From Trichinella spiralis (taxonomy: Eukaryota), in contig NW_003526947.1 of the NCBI RefSeq assembly GCF_000181795.1, forward strand, positions 1-48,347: 48,347 nt of DNA. Reading direction: 5' to 3'. Below, piece by piece: positions 24,319 to 35,750 of this stretch. A program made the translations under genes and the position numbers. Each line of letters opens with the position of its first letter. Within the stretch, counting starts at the first letter, position 1. The notes under the pieces were generated by a model. That model saw only the letters and a program-made list of their open reading frames with translations, searched no databases and had not been told where the DNA came from.

Positions 24319-27057
24319 GTAGCTAAAGGTGATTTTAATACAATGGGAAAATCAACTAGTGATAAATTGTCCCCAGCTGCAGTTTTGAGTTAAAACTAGG
24401 ACTGGCGAATGGTAAATGGGCTATAGTCTGGGCTGTTTTGTGAAAACGGCGAAAAACGTTTTTCAAAATGTTTTTCTTTTTGATTGTTGCATTTTCATAT
24501 TGACAAAGTTTTCCCAAATATGGGGCGCTTCATTATTAAATTCCCTTATATGGACATAAATAATCACATTTCCCAATTATTATAACACTGTTTTTGTTTT
24601 ATAACGGAACTACATCATTATTACTTTTATCATCTAAAAAATCTCAAAGAAATGATGGGGAAAAGAGCGCAAGGAAATTCACGCTAAACACACAGCTGTT
24701 TGAAAATTTTTTAGAATGGAACTTAAAAATGACTAAAAAATGGACTGTATGAGTTAGTTATCTGTAGATAATTCAAAACCAATTTATGAAATAGAATTCA
24801 ATTTTATTCAGTTGGAGAAAAAAGCGATAGTGAGTAAGCGGCTAAGGAGCAGTCAAGAGTTGGATTAGATAGCTTATATCTCGAAATAACTCTTATTTTG
24901 AATTCCATTTTAAATACCATTCTGTAACAACATTTATTTTCCATTTGTCATTTTATCAACAATTCAAGATCAACTTGTGATATTCTTTGTGGCACCAATG
25001 CCTTTGTTGATTTTGAAAGAAGAAAATTGATCCAAAATGCTTTACATTTATCCGCCCGCGTTCATAAATACTGTTCAAAAGAAATGTCAGCTAACAGTTG
25101 CTTTCACTCATCATATAAATTACCTTCTTAGCTAACAATTAAATAAGATTTACGCCTAAGGTTTTTTTCTGTTTGTCAGATATTGTACTAATTAAGGCTA
25201 GTTGAAAGCTATTCAAGTACAAAGGGAAAACGTAAAATTGATAAATTGTCCACATCTGCAGTTTTCAGCTGAAACTGGGAGTGGTGATTGTTGAATGTTA
25301 GCATCAAAATACTTTTCTGATTTTGCCTGCCTGTTCTCTGAAAATATTTTTGGCTTGCAAAAAAAATTAATCATTCCAATCTTTCTTTCGCTCCTATTCA
25401 CAAGAGTTCTTGTTTTTTTTCTTATGTTTCATTTAAATAAAAAATAAAATCTGGAATTCTGTTTAAAATAAGCATCGGTGATTATACATTTTGTGTAAAC
25501 TGTATTAAATTTGTTTTTCAATATCTAAAGTAAAACCGACTACTGGGTTGATTAAACATTAAAGTTGCAATTCTTGTATTACGATGGTTCAACATTCCAG
25601 ATCAAAAAGGATATGTTGGATTTCGAAATCATTTTACCAAACAAAACTGAAAGCAAAGAAAGTTATTTATCATCTCAAGTTCACTCCATTATGGGTGTAT
25701 CTATTATCTTGCTCTAGCAACTCATCTGCGCTGCCAAAATATAATCATTGCGGATTATCATCGTCGACAGGCATGAAGCATACATTGATCTTTCATTTAC
25801 CGCCATAACTTTCATTCCCATTATTAAGCGTGAATGGTAATTGGACACTATCATGAGGTTCATTGCCTGGGTCAAACAGTAAGTTGTTCATTTGAGAAAG
25901 CGTCTGCAGCATTGTGAAAAATGCAGACCACCAAAAGCACTGCTTGAATTTGTCTAGTAGTACATTTATATGGCATCATAATGGTTAGAAATATTGAAAT
26001 GCCAGCTTCTGTAAGGTAACGTAAAATTTTGAGGAGTATTCAGTACAGTATGCACTGATTTCACATTATATCGATGATCTGTGAAAAATTTCTCAGATAT
26101 AGTGTAGCCGCTACACAGGTTGAACTGAAAATGCTTATGCCCAGCTTAGGGGAAATTTAACTGCAGCACATGTTTGTTGGTCTAGTAAAATTTTAGAAAA
26201 TCCTTCCTGCTGAATGTTGACCTGACTCGTGATAATTGCTGTACATCTTTCTTCATTGTCAAGCTAGCGAACAAGACTAGCTCTGTTACCATCGTAAAAA
26301 GTCATTACATGTCAAATTATGAAAACAAAAAATGACTTAGATAAACACGTTTACTTAACATCTCTTTGTTCAGTTATCTCTTTTTCAGTCTGTTCATTTG
26401 TTGCTTCTGTATTTTTGTAGAATAATGCAATTGGATAATAAAGATATTTAATTTGTAAAGAACAAGACTGTCAATTACATTTTTCTTTAATTCACTTCTC
26501 AGTGCTCATCACTAGCTTGTGAGATATCTTTCGAATGATGGAAATAAATAATAATGAAATTCAATTTGCATCTCAAAGAATCAACATAAGCTAATACACA
26601 AAAGGGAACAGCTGCACGCTGAAGTGCACAGATCATACTGATAAATACGAGTTGTGAATAAAGATACAAATGATGGCTTAATGTAGCACATTATTATTGC
26701 GATATTACAGGCAATCCATTTTTTTCAATACAAAGATTAGTTGCTCGCCGTGGCAAAATGTCTCCAAATTTAGAAATGGACTTATTGTACTGCCCATCTT
26801 TGCTCATGGTATATATTGCAATAAAGTTCAGATTTGTTGTAAAATGAAAGATTATATATTATATATCTGTCTAGTTCAGAAGCCTTATGGTAAACAGAAA
26901 AGTTGCTGTGGAAAACAACCTGTTGATCAGCATAAACCTGAAGAAGTAAAATGCAAAAGCAAACTTACAAGAATAAAATTGAGCAATGAGATAATGTTTT
27001 GTTATCAGTGAAATGTAAAATGGTTTGGGAACTGCTTCTGTACTGAAAGTAAAACAG

Positions 27058-27390
27058 AACGTTCAAAGTCCATAATTATACATTTGGGAGCAAGTCCGGG
27101 AATTATTTCTTTCAAAGCACTGAACATGCTTAGATAAGTGTTAGACGTCTGTTATAGGCAGCAAAGCGTAGGCCATAGGAAGAAATGAATCTTCTCTCCT
27201 GCAGTCCATGGCAAAAAGTTGGGCAAATAATGTTGTAACTGCGCTAAACGTGCCATCAATTGCCAACCCCTCAGAATCAAAAATAACAATGATCAGTATG
27301 CAGATCAGTCACTCGTGCACCGCATCTACCAAGTGGAATTTTCCCCCGTCATTTAGATACTTGTATTCTTCCGGAATGACGAGGTCTAAA
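27058..27390 (-). pseudogene. MULE (Mutator) DDE transposase remnant
   Basis: DLVIPEEYK...AIDGTFSAVTTLFAQLFAM...LPMAYALLP, then after frameshifts TYLSMFSALKEIIPGLAPK and IMDFE. These are the DGTF / YALLP / DFE motifs of MULE transposases. Confidence 0.85.
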
Positions 27391-28731
27391 TTTATTTCAT
27401 TAATTTTATTATTTAATTGAATTTCATTAAATGGGATCAACTTCAAAAGTTTCGCAAAATAACTTAAATTTTTAAGCATCAGCTTCTACTTCAGTTTTTA
27501 ATCTTTTAAAAAAACTCATTGTGAAAGTAGCAGTTAGCTCGCATTTGTTTAAAATTTTCAAAAAATTTCTAACTTCACCTAGAGCTTTACAATGATTACT
27601 TTATTGATTTTCATTTTCAAATTATAAATATTGTTCATACGCTTTAGTAGTTAAAATTTTGTAACACTCAAAGCAGATAAATGCTAATTTTCAATGCTAA
27701 TTCAAATTATTGTTTTTATATATCTTCACTTATAAAAGCATCATACAGACAACAGTATCACATATCATATACGCTGAACAGCTAAAATGAAACTTCACAA
27801 CACACATTTTAACATTTTAATTTAATAAGAGATCATCATCATCATCAAATGATCAACATTTTAGAAAAATGACTACTTTAAAAAATATCCTGCCTTACTA
27901 TGTTTTGAAAATATTCTTGTATAATACATCTATTTTACGAAATAATCACAAAATACTCTGATATGTTTTTATTAGATTTATTATTATTTGTTATTTTATC
28001 ATCTTGATATAAATTCAAAGGTAATCAACCATAGTAAAATATTAGAGAACATTTTGAGATGACACTAAAGCTGTAATTGAGATGCACGTTAGAAAACTAA
28101 AATTGAAAACGAAAAATACATTAATATATGAAAAAGGTTTTGAAATGAAAAATTTAAAACAATAACTCACGATAAATTTTTGATACAATTTATAGAAGAG
28201 ATAAATGAAACAAAACATCCTGTGAAATGGGATCAACGTGATGAATTGAAACTGAGATGATGGAATTTTGCTAACAGAAAAAATAAGCTTGCGGTGAATT
28301 TCAATTTCCCAAGAGAAGCAAGCAGTAGATCATTTGAAAATCATACATACGGTAAACTAGCAGAATAAAAATTGAAATTTACTCAACTTAATTTGTTCAC
28401 ATATCTCAACTGTAATCTGGTACAGTAGAAATAGCAAATAAACATAGATATTCAAGCAGATAGCTGTGTAAAAACTACAATGATGTTCAGTGCAACAGAT
28501 CGGTAAACTGTAGGGAATGTTGATGAAATATAAAATCGTGCACCAGCATAGACACATGTAAATGGCATATTGTAAAACAGTAGCCTCGAGTAAAAAGTGA
28601 ATAATGTTATTTATACCAATAATAATTGTGAAAACAAAGCGGATAAGTAATATCATTCAACTGATTACCACCAACAATGCATAACTTAAACAAAAGACAA
28701 ACTATAAAAACATTAATTACTGTGAAAAGCA

Positions 28732-28764
28732 AAATACAATACAATACAATACAATACAATACAA
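28732..28764. repeat. (AATAC)n microsatellite
   Basis: Directly visible in the sequence. Confidence 0.9.
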
Positions 28765-29459
28765 TTTTCATGTTTTCCTTCTTTATTGCATAATTTATAA
28801 AATAAATGAAATAATTTTCAGTTATGTTCATTTTGATAGAATGCTTCATTTTGGCATCAAAAATGGATAAAATTACTCTACAAAGATGCATATCACCAAC
28901 TCAGTTGTACAAAGCATCAATAAATCACAATTATTTATTCACTACTAATTATGAAAATTATTTCGTGTCAGTAATGAATTTATAAAACTGATAAATATAT
29001 GATTCATATTAAAAGCTAAATATGAAAAATTAATTGCGTACGCATACATTTTTTTTGTTCTATTTTAATTGAACTTTCTATGTTTACTTTTAGTAGGTAT
29101 ATTGTATTTTAATTCCGTTTCAGAAATATAACGGAACACTGACAGAGTGCAATCACTTAGTAAGGCTACAGCTTAAGCAGCATGAAGTCGCTCTCTCGTG
29201 AAGTTTTGGATTCTTTTTCAGTGAATCTTCATGACGGTATGTTTGAGAAAGCAAGCATCTGAACCGCGTACGTTTGACGTATATATATGTATATATATAC
29301 ACCTAATTATAATGTTTATTTATTGGTCAAATGCATGATGAGGTGTGTATGCGAACAAAGGGGTTGTTTTCTGTTTTGACTGATGACTACTTTTACGTCC
29401 ACACTAACACGTGTTAGTTATATCTATATATATATTATATATTCCAATCATTGATGAAA

Positions 29460-29829
29460 ATCAAATTTCGCACACGTACGAAGAAGTAGTAAAAGGAAGC
29501 AGCACTTTTACAATGCTTCGGTGGAAAAAGTTGGACATGGGTTTTCAACTGACAGCCAAAACTGTACTAATCTTGTACGATCAAAATTGATTTTAAACGA
29601 AGAATCTTCAGACAAATCGATTAATAAATTCTCCACCTGCTTTTGTGGTACGGACAACATCTGCGTGCTGTGAGTAGCCGGACAGAAATAGTGATTCTCA
29701 AGTGATCGGTAATTGAATCGAAAAGTTCAATTGTTCATCCAACAATTAAAAGTTTCCAAACCAAGTTAAAGACAACAACTACTGCTGCATTTGAAATATT
29801 TTACGCGACCCAAACTTCCAGAACCACTG
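29460..29829 (-). mobile_element. hAT (Buster/Charlie-like) deletion derivative with one terminus
   Basis: Minus-strand end CAGTGGTTCTGGAAGTTTGGGTCGCGTAAAA. 29460-29700 is the inverted homolog of 6235-6490. Confidence 0.75.
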
Positions 29830-30108
29830 CATTGGAACATTTGGCGTAAATTGCAGGGAATTTTTTCATGTACAAAATTTTCTGCGCACGTATAGGAGAA
29901 AAAATCCATGTGTATAAAAAAACTGTATAAGCAGAATTACCCACCAGTTTAAAAGATGAAAGGAACAATGAGATGATAAGATGCACACATTTTTTGGATC
30001 CATTTTGCGACTGCAACTTGATACAGCTACTGCGAATTTCCTACTGGTGCCAGTGTAAGTGATTCATATTGAATTCTAATTTCCAACGAGAAAAGAAAAG
30101 GAAAATAA

Positions 30109-32701
30109 TCAAGGCAACAACAAATGCGGAGTATCCAAAGCGGCAGCACCGACCATCACGCCGCCCTCATCTTCTTTGCTAGGCTTGGTGCGCAACAAAA
30201 AGCCACCGTCCCTGCTGCAACTGATAATCTGCTGTCCATTGGCTAACGAATAGCCAAAAGTGCCCAGTTCTGAAACCACCGACGTCTGTTCGGCTGGAAT
30301 ATTGGCGCGAATGATCCAATTGTCAAAGGTCGGTGGTCGAATTCGTTCCATCAACACATAAGCTGAGCGTTCGTTACTGCACAGTTGGTTCAGTTGTTTA
30401 ATCAAATTTTGGCCGTAAAAATTATTGCCACCCCCTTCTAAATGGGGTTTCAGGACGAAATTGTCGGCATTGGCGTCGACGTGTTTCATCAATTCATCCG
30501 CGCCGGCTTTCGACGCGTCAAGATCGTGCATGGGGACGGTGACGCTCTTCATCTGACGGTACATCTCGTCGTCGTCGTCGTCCAAAATCTTCTGCTTCAG
30601 ATTCACAGGCCAAACCAGCAGTTTGGTCTTGTCGATGACGCTGCGCAGCGTGTCCGAATTGCTCAACAACAACTGCATCCTTTTCATGCCGGCAAGATGA
30701 AAACCAATCCAGGGGCATTTGATCGCTTCGGACAGTTCAATTTGCAAAAATGCACTCCACACATCCTCGTTTGGGAAATGTTTGGGCAAATAGCCCGTTC
30801 TATAATAAACGACGGCCACTTCGACGCCGTTCAACATCAGCCGACCACGTCGATCCACCGCTACATTGCCGGGACAATCAGTCAGACGAAATCGCCTCAT
30901 TGGGACGTGCTGAAATTCCGCCAACGATTGAATTTCATATTCTACAAGCCGTTGATCGGCAAAATTGCGCAACTCGTCCTCGACCATGATCAAAATGATC
31001 GCCTCCGAATGACCATATGCGCGCCAGGCGGACAACAGTCCCAAAGCCACTGTTTCCAGAGCGTGATTTTCCGGCAGCAGATCCAACTTCGCATTTTCCA
31101 CCATTTGACTCAACATCAACCGGTGCCACTGACGACAACGCACGCCCAGTCCGGCAAAACTGGCAGCAACGTGATTCACCTCCACCTGTTTAAGACTGTA
31201 CGAACTGTTCGGCTCTTCCTGCATCATGTAATCGCAACGTTGAATGTTCAACACCAGACGTGACATCATGTTGCCGTGCTTCATCACTGCACGATAAATT
31301 CCAAAAAGTTTCGAAACAAATACATCACTAAGCATCACCGGAGACAGAGCATCTTCCATAAAGTCATAATCAAACGCTATCTGATGGTATACTGCCATCA
31401 TTGCCTAGAAAAATATTTGCAAAAAAATATGAAAATTATCACAATTTTCAAAACATATATATATATATATATATATACATCGAAAGCAACAATACCCATC
31501 TGCAGTTTAAAAAAAAAATTGAAACAATATTATTATCATCATTATTCTCTGTGCAATTTCTCAAATGACTCTCTCATAATTACATATAATTCACTTCATT
31601 CCGTCGATATATCAACAAATATATACATAATTTTATGTTTTTTCAAGAAAAAAAATATGCTGCTTAAATGTACTACTGGCCTGGTGGCTTGAAATAAAGC
31701 AGCATCCAATTTTAGAAGCGATGAACTTTCACAAAATTTACAAAAGCACACTTTGCTTATTCTCTCCATTGTTAAACGCTTGTCCACGTGGAACACATCC
31801 GATTGAAACACTGCCCCATATTATTGTCGAAAAAATGACCAAATAAACCAAAAACATTCAATAAACTTTAAACTTAAAATAGTTGAAAACTTGCAGCTGA
31901 TCTAGACGAAACTTGTTCAACAAAACAACCAACACATTCCAAGTGGAGTGCGAGAATTTTTCCAATTCCATTTCCACTTCTTATATTATACAAGTCATTC
32001 GAAAATGAAATGATGACGATGAACAGTGAAAATTTGACTAGAACCGCTTATCAGAAAATTTCTGCTTCACAGTATAGAAAAGCGAACGGCCGGCCGGCCA
32101 TCCGTCACGGTCATTCATCGCATCGTTTTCACTATTGTTCAAGGTTCGTTGATACAGTATCTTTTACTACAGCACAGAAACAGTATGCACACAAAGCAAA
32201 CTAAAACGATCAATCGATTCTACGCAAGCACTGCACCGAACGAACCATATACACACCTATTGCCTATTATACGGGGTAGAAAATTTTAAAAACAAAAATA
32301 ACAACAACAACAACAAATGGAATCTTTCTGCTAATCGAATTAAATGATGAAGCGCAACATTGAATTGAAAATAAATAATCAATTCGATTTTCAGATCATT
32401 TTTCCATAATTAATTGTTAACAGTGAAATTTGCAAATGTAACAAGCACAATGCTAATAACAATGAAAAAAAAAATAACATCAAAAACTAGACAATCAAGT
32501 TTCAGTAAATTGCTTCAAAAATTTAATCGTTTTTTTATTTCAAAAGCTTAATTTACTATTATTTTTAAATTTAAATGTGTTTAATTTTTCTGAAAATTAT
32601 GAAAAAAAAAGGCATATTATATTTATCTGCTAATTATGGTATAATTGAAAATTGTTCATTTCAAAATAATATTCTTTTACTGACGATGACTTAAAATGAT
32701 G

Positions 32702-32737
<36 letters not shown>

Positions 32738-33072
32738 GTAAATGGAGATGATGGTAAAAAATGGAATTTTCAAATAAAAGATGTATAATAATACTTGGTG
32801 TAAATTGACGGCAGTGTCGAAACAGCTCTTCGAAAATGGAGATGGTAAAAGAGTGAAAGGGGCAAGCTGTACTTCGTCACTGTTTTCATATTTTCCAGGT
32901 AGTCGTATGCAAAGACCGTGAATCTGAAACAATTTTTAAAAAAATCATTGAAAAATACGTTATTTATAAGAAATAAAAGAAAAAATACCTGAGCCCAATC
33001 TTTGGCAGAGTCGATCAGTTCGTCAAATGTAATTCCAGGGGGAAGTTTGATTTTTGAGAACACAGTCGACAT
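30109..33072 (-). CDS. GSS: Eukaryotic glutathione synthetase, ~502 aa; exons 33072-32989, 32923-32795, 31404-30109
   Basis: Motifs AKDWA..HG, APFTLLPSPF, RCDYM, LKQVEVN, VAVVYYRTGY, IELSEAIKCP, HLAGMKRMQ, VLKPHLEGGGNN, VSELGTFG, LLRTK...EGGV. Both introns are GT-AG, phase 0. Confidence 0.96.
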
Positions 33073-33553
33073 CTTCAATCACACAATCAACTGAAAAATA
33101 AATAAATATATATATATACAGACTGTGTTCAACAGAATACTGTTACAGTCGAACAGTACAGTCAGTCGCTGTTTCCAAAAAAAATGGCCAATTTTACAAC
33201 AATCCAGTTAAAAAACAGGATGAAAAATATTTCGTAAAAACTCATAATAATAATAATAAATATGCGTGGAAAAGTTACACGTACAATAATGCTAAAGGTA
33301 TACTACAACTGCCATCAATGAGCATGAAAAATTTTACTTTCATACCATGTAAAATAAATAATAAATTGTAGTGAAATGGCATCGTACCTCGTAAATAAGT
33401 TGAGCCAGTAATAATAATAATAATAATATGAGGATGAGGTTTCTGGAAACGTGACCAGTTAGTTATTTGAGTTAGAAATAAAAGTTAAAAAAATAAATAA
33501 TAATAATAATAAGCAACATATTGGTGAGGTGAGTAGTATTTGAATTGTTCCAA

Positions 33554-34971
33554 TTATTCGTAGTATCCCGGCAAGAAGTAAAATTTTTTACGCAATCGAC
33601 TACACGGCTCCGGAACTTGTACACTGCCGCATGAACTCATCTTCGAAGCAACTACATCGTTTACCTGGAAAAAATGACAAAACGAATTGAAAAAAAAAAT
33701 TTTTTTATCCAACCCACCCCTATATAGCAGATGAAAGAATAAATGGAACCCACTCTTGTAAACAAGTGAAGCACTTCTTCTTTCCATGCGTACTCGCTGA
33801 ACACCTCGCACACTGCTTGTATGAACCAAGTACCACGCAACGAATTACGCCAACTGACAAAACCTTAATTAATAATAGATTTGTTTGTAAATTTTTTGAA
33901 ATATTGAAATAGAGAAGAAATAAATAATATTGTATAAATAAATTTTGTCACCAGGAGTGGTGGAATAGGCGATCAAAATATCGGCTTGGGTAGGGACTTT
34001 GCGACGCAACGCGGCAGCATCATTTTCGTCCAACGAGTTCAATTTGCACCGAGCATTCGCACTGCCGATGGCATCACCAGAATCGATCACATCGTGGCCA
34101 GAATCATAACGTTCTAAAAATTATCCACAAAAAAATCATACAACAAAGCCGAACACAACGAACAACAGCAAGCGGTTTTCAAACGACAAACGTACGTCCA
34201 CGACAAGCTTGCAAGAAGAACAATTTCGGCTTATTTTTCAAAGCTGGACAATTGACAGCATCCAAAAGTTGAATCATCTTTTGAACTGAAACCAAGCCCC
34301 CGTCACTTCCGTATATTTCACCTTCGAGACCGTGTGTCAAGATGACCACAACAGCCGAATCGCAGCGTTCGTGTTCTTTGTTCAGAGAAAATTTGACCAT
34401 CGTTTCCACAATACCCTGCAACAAATAGAAAACAAAATCCAATTTCCATTATATATATATATATATCAAAATTAAGCAATTAAATTTGAATGAGTGAGTG
34501 AGAAAAAGAAGAGGGGGACAAATTTTAAATTCAAGAAAAATTGATGATAAAAAGTCAACACTTTGATTGCTCACTTTTGCTGTCAAGTTGTGCTTTTTGA
34601 TCACGTCGTAGCCGAGGTCAGTAAGTAGACGATAAATATTTTTGCAATCAATATCCGATCCAAGGCGATTCGGCAAATCGCACGTAAATGCACAATTGTT
34701 GATTATCAGTGCCAAACCTTTCGGCTTGCTCGAATGCTTATAACACTGCAAATAGAAATGCATAATTAATTGAAAAGTAAGAGAGAAAAAAAACTGAATA
34801 ACAAAAATTTTTTTCTTCCATATATATTCGCACTGACGTTGAATTACTACTTACATCGACGGTGTTGTAGTCGGCCGGTATTGTGCCTTCATTTTTCACT
34901 TTCAACCAACTCAACAGTCCGTCGGTCATGGGCACGTCTACGACGAATTGAATCGAAATTACAAACTGATA

Positions 34972-35030
<59 letters not shown>

Positions 35031-35750
35031 TTAGAATATCATTTTTATATACCGGAAAAAAGAATCGATTCGGCAAAATAATACTGCTCGGCCGACGTTT
35101 TGACCAATTGTAATTTCGTTTCTTGCGGATTGGAATTCAATTCTTCTGGACACTCCACCAACTGACCACCACCGCCACTGCCGTTGTTGATTTCGGCCGG
35201 CTGATTTGGAGACTTGCAACTGCGTAATGCTTGTTCCAAGTGGGTCTGACCAGACCGAGCAAGACCTTCGCAAAGAGCTTCAAACGCATTCGGACCACGA
35301 CGCTTGATAATACTAACAAATTCCAACCGAGCTTCGTACGGCGTCTTCTTCTGCATTGTACATTTTTTGCATTCAACATAATCAAAATTCACACTTCATC
35401 AAAAAATTTAATAACAAAAAAATAATATTTTCTAATTTTTCGTAATAATATTCAATTCGAGTAAAGTTCTTTTTCATTTTTTCTACAATATATTTTGTCT
35501 GCTTATTTTCAAACCCCTCGTAGTTTTTTTTTTGTTTTGGAGCATTCTTATTCGGAAACTTTGGAATTTGATTTAAAAAAAATTATAATTAAAATCAAAT
35601 AAAAAAAATCTACGTTACCCTGATTGCATCGACGTGATATTCGCGAAGAATACCCTTCTGTTGCAAAAATGGAAGCAGCTCGATCAAGTCCAGACTATCA
35701 GCTAATGCGATCAAATTGCTGTCCAGAGCTTGCCGTTGCCAATCATCCAT
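33554..35750 (-). CDS. ced-3: CARD-domain caspase (CED-3/caspase-2/9-like), ~428 aa; exons 35750-35619, 35350-35053, 34937-34855, 34745-34575, 34415-34196, 34113-33952, 33863-33754, 33664-33554
   Basis: CARD ([12 protein letters not shown]...[14 protein letters not shown]); p20 [24 protein letters not shown]; p10 [36 protein letters not shown]. The spliced length of 1287 nt is in frame. The exon 2/3 boundaries are the least certain. Confidence 0.93.
34975..35028. repeat. (TA)n microsatellite in caspase intron 2
   Basis: Directly visible in the sequence. Confidence 0.95.

Larger units (their letters stand above)
23300..27400. mobile_element. MULE-family element (copy 4), the longest copy, with an internal duplication and a nested solo LTR
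   Basis: Modules homologous to 2610-3390, 8920-9590 and 11431-12720, followed by a MULE transposase remnant. Confidence 0.65.

Noticed and set aside
30442..31263. 273-aa ORF antisense to glutathione synthetase
   Set aside because: Codon-aligned shadow of the GC-richer GSS exon, with no recognisable domain or separate gene signals.
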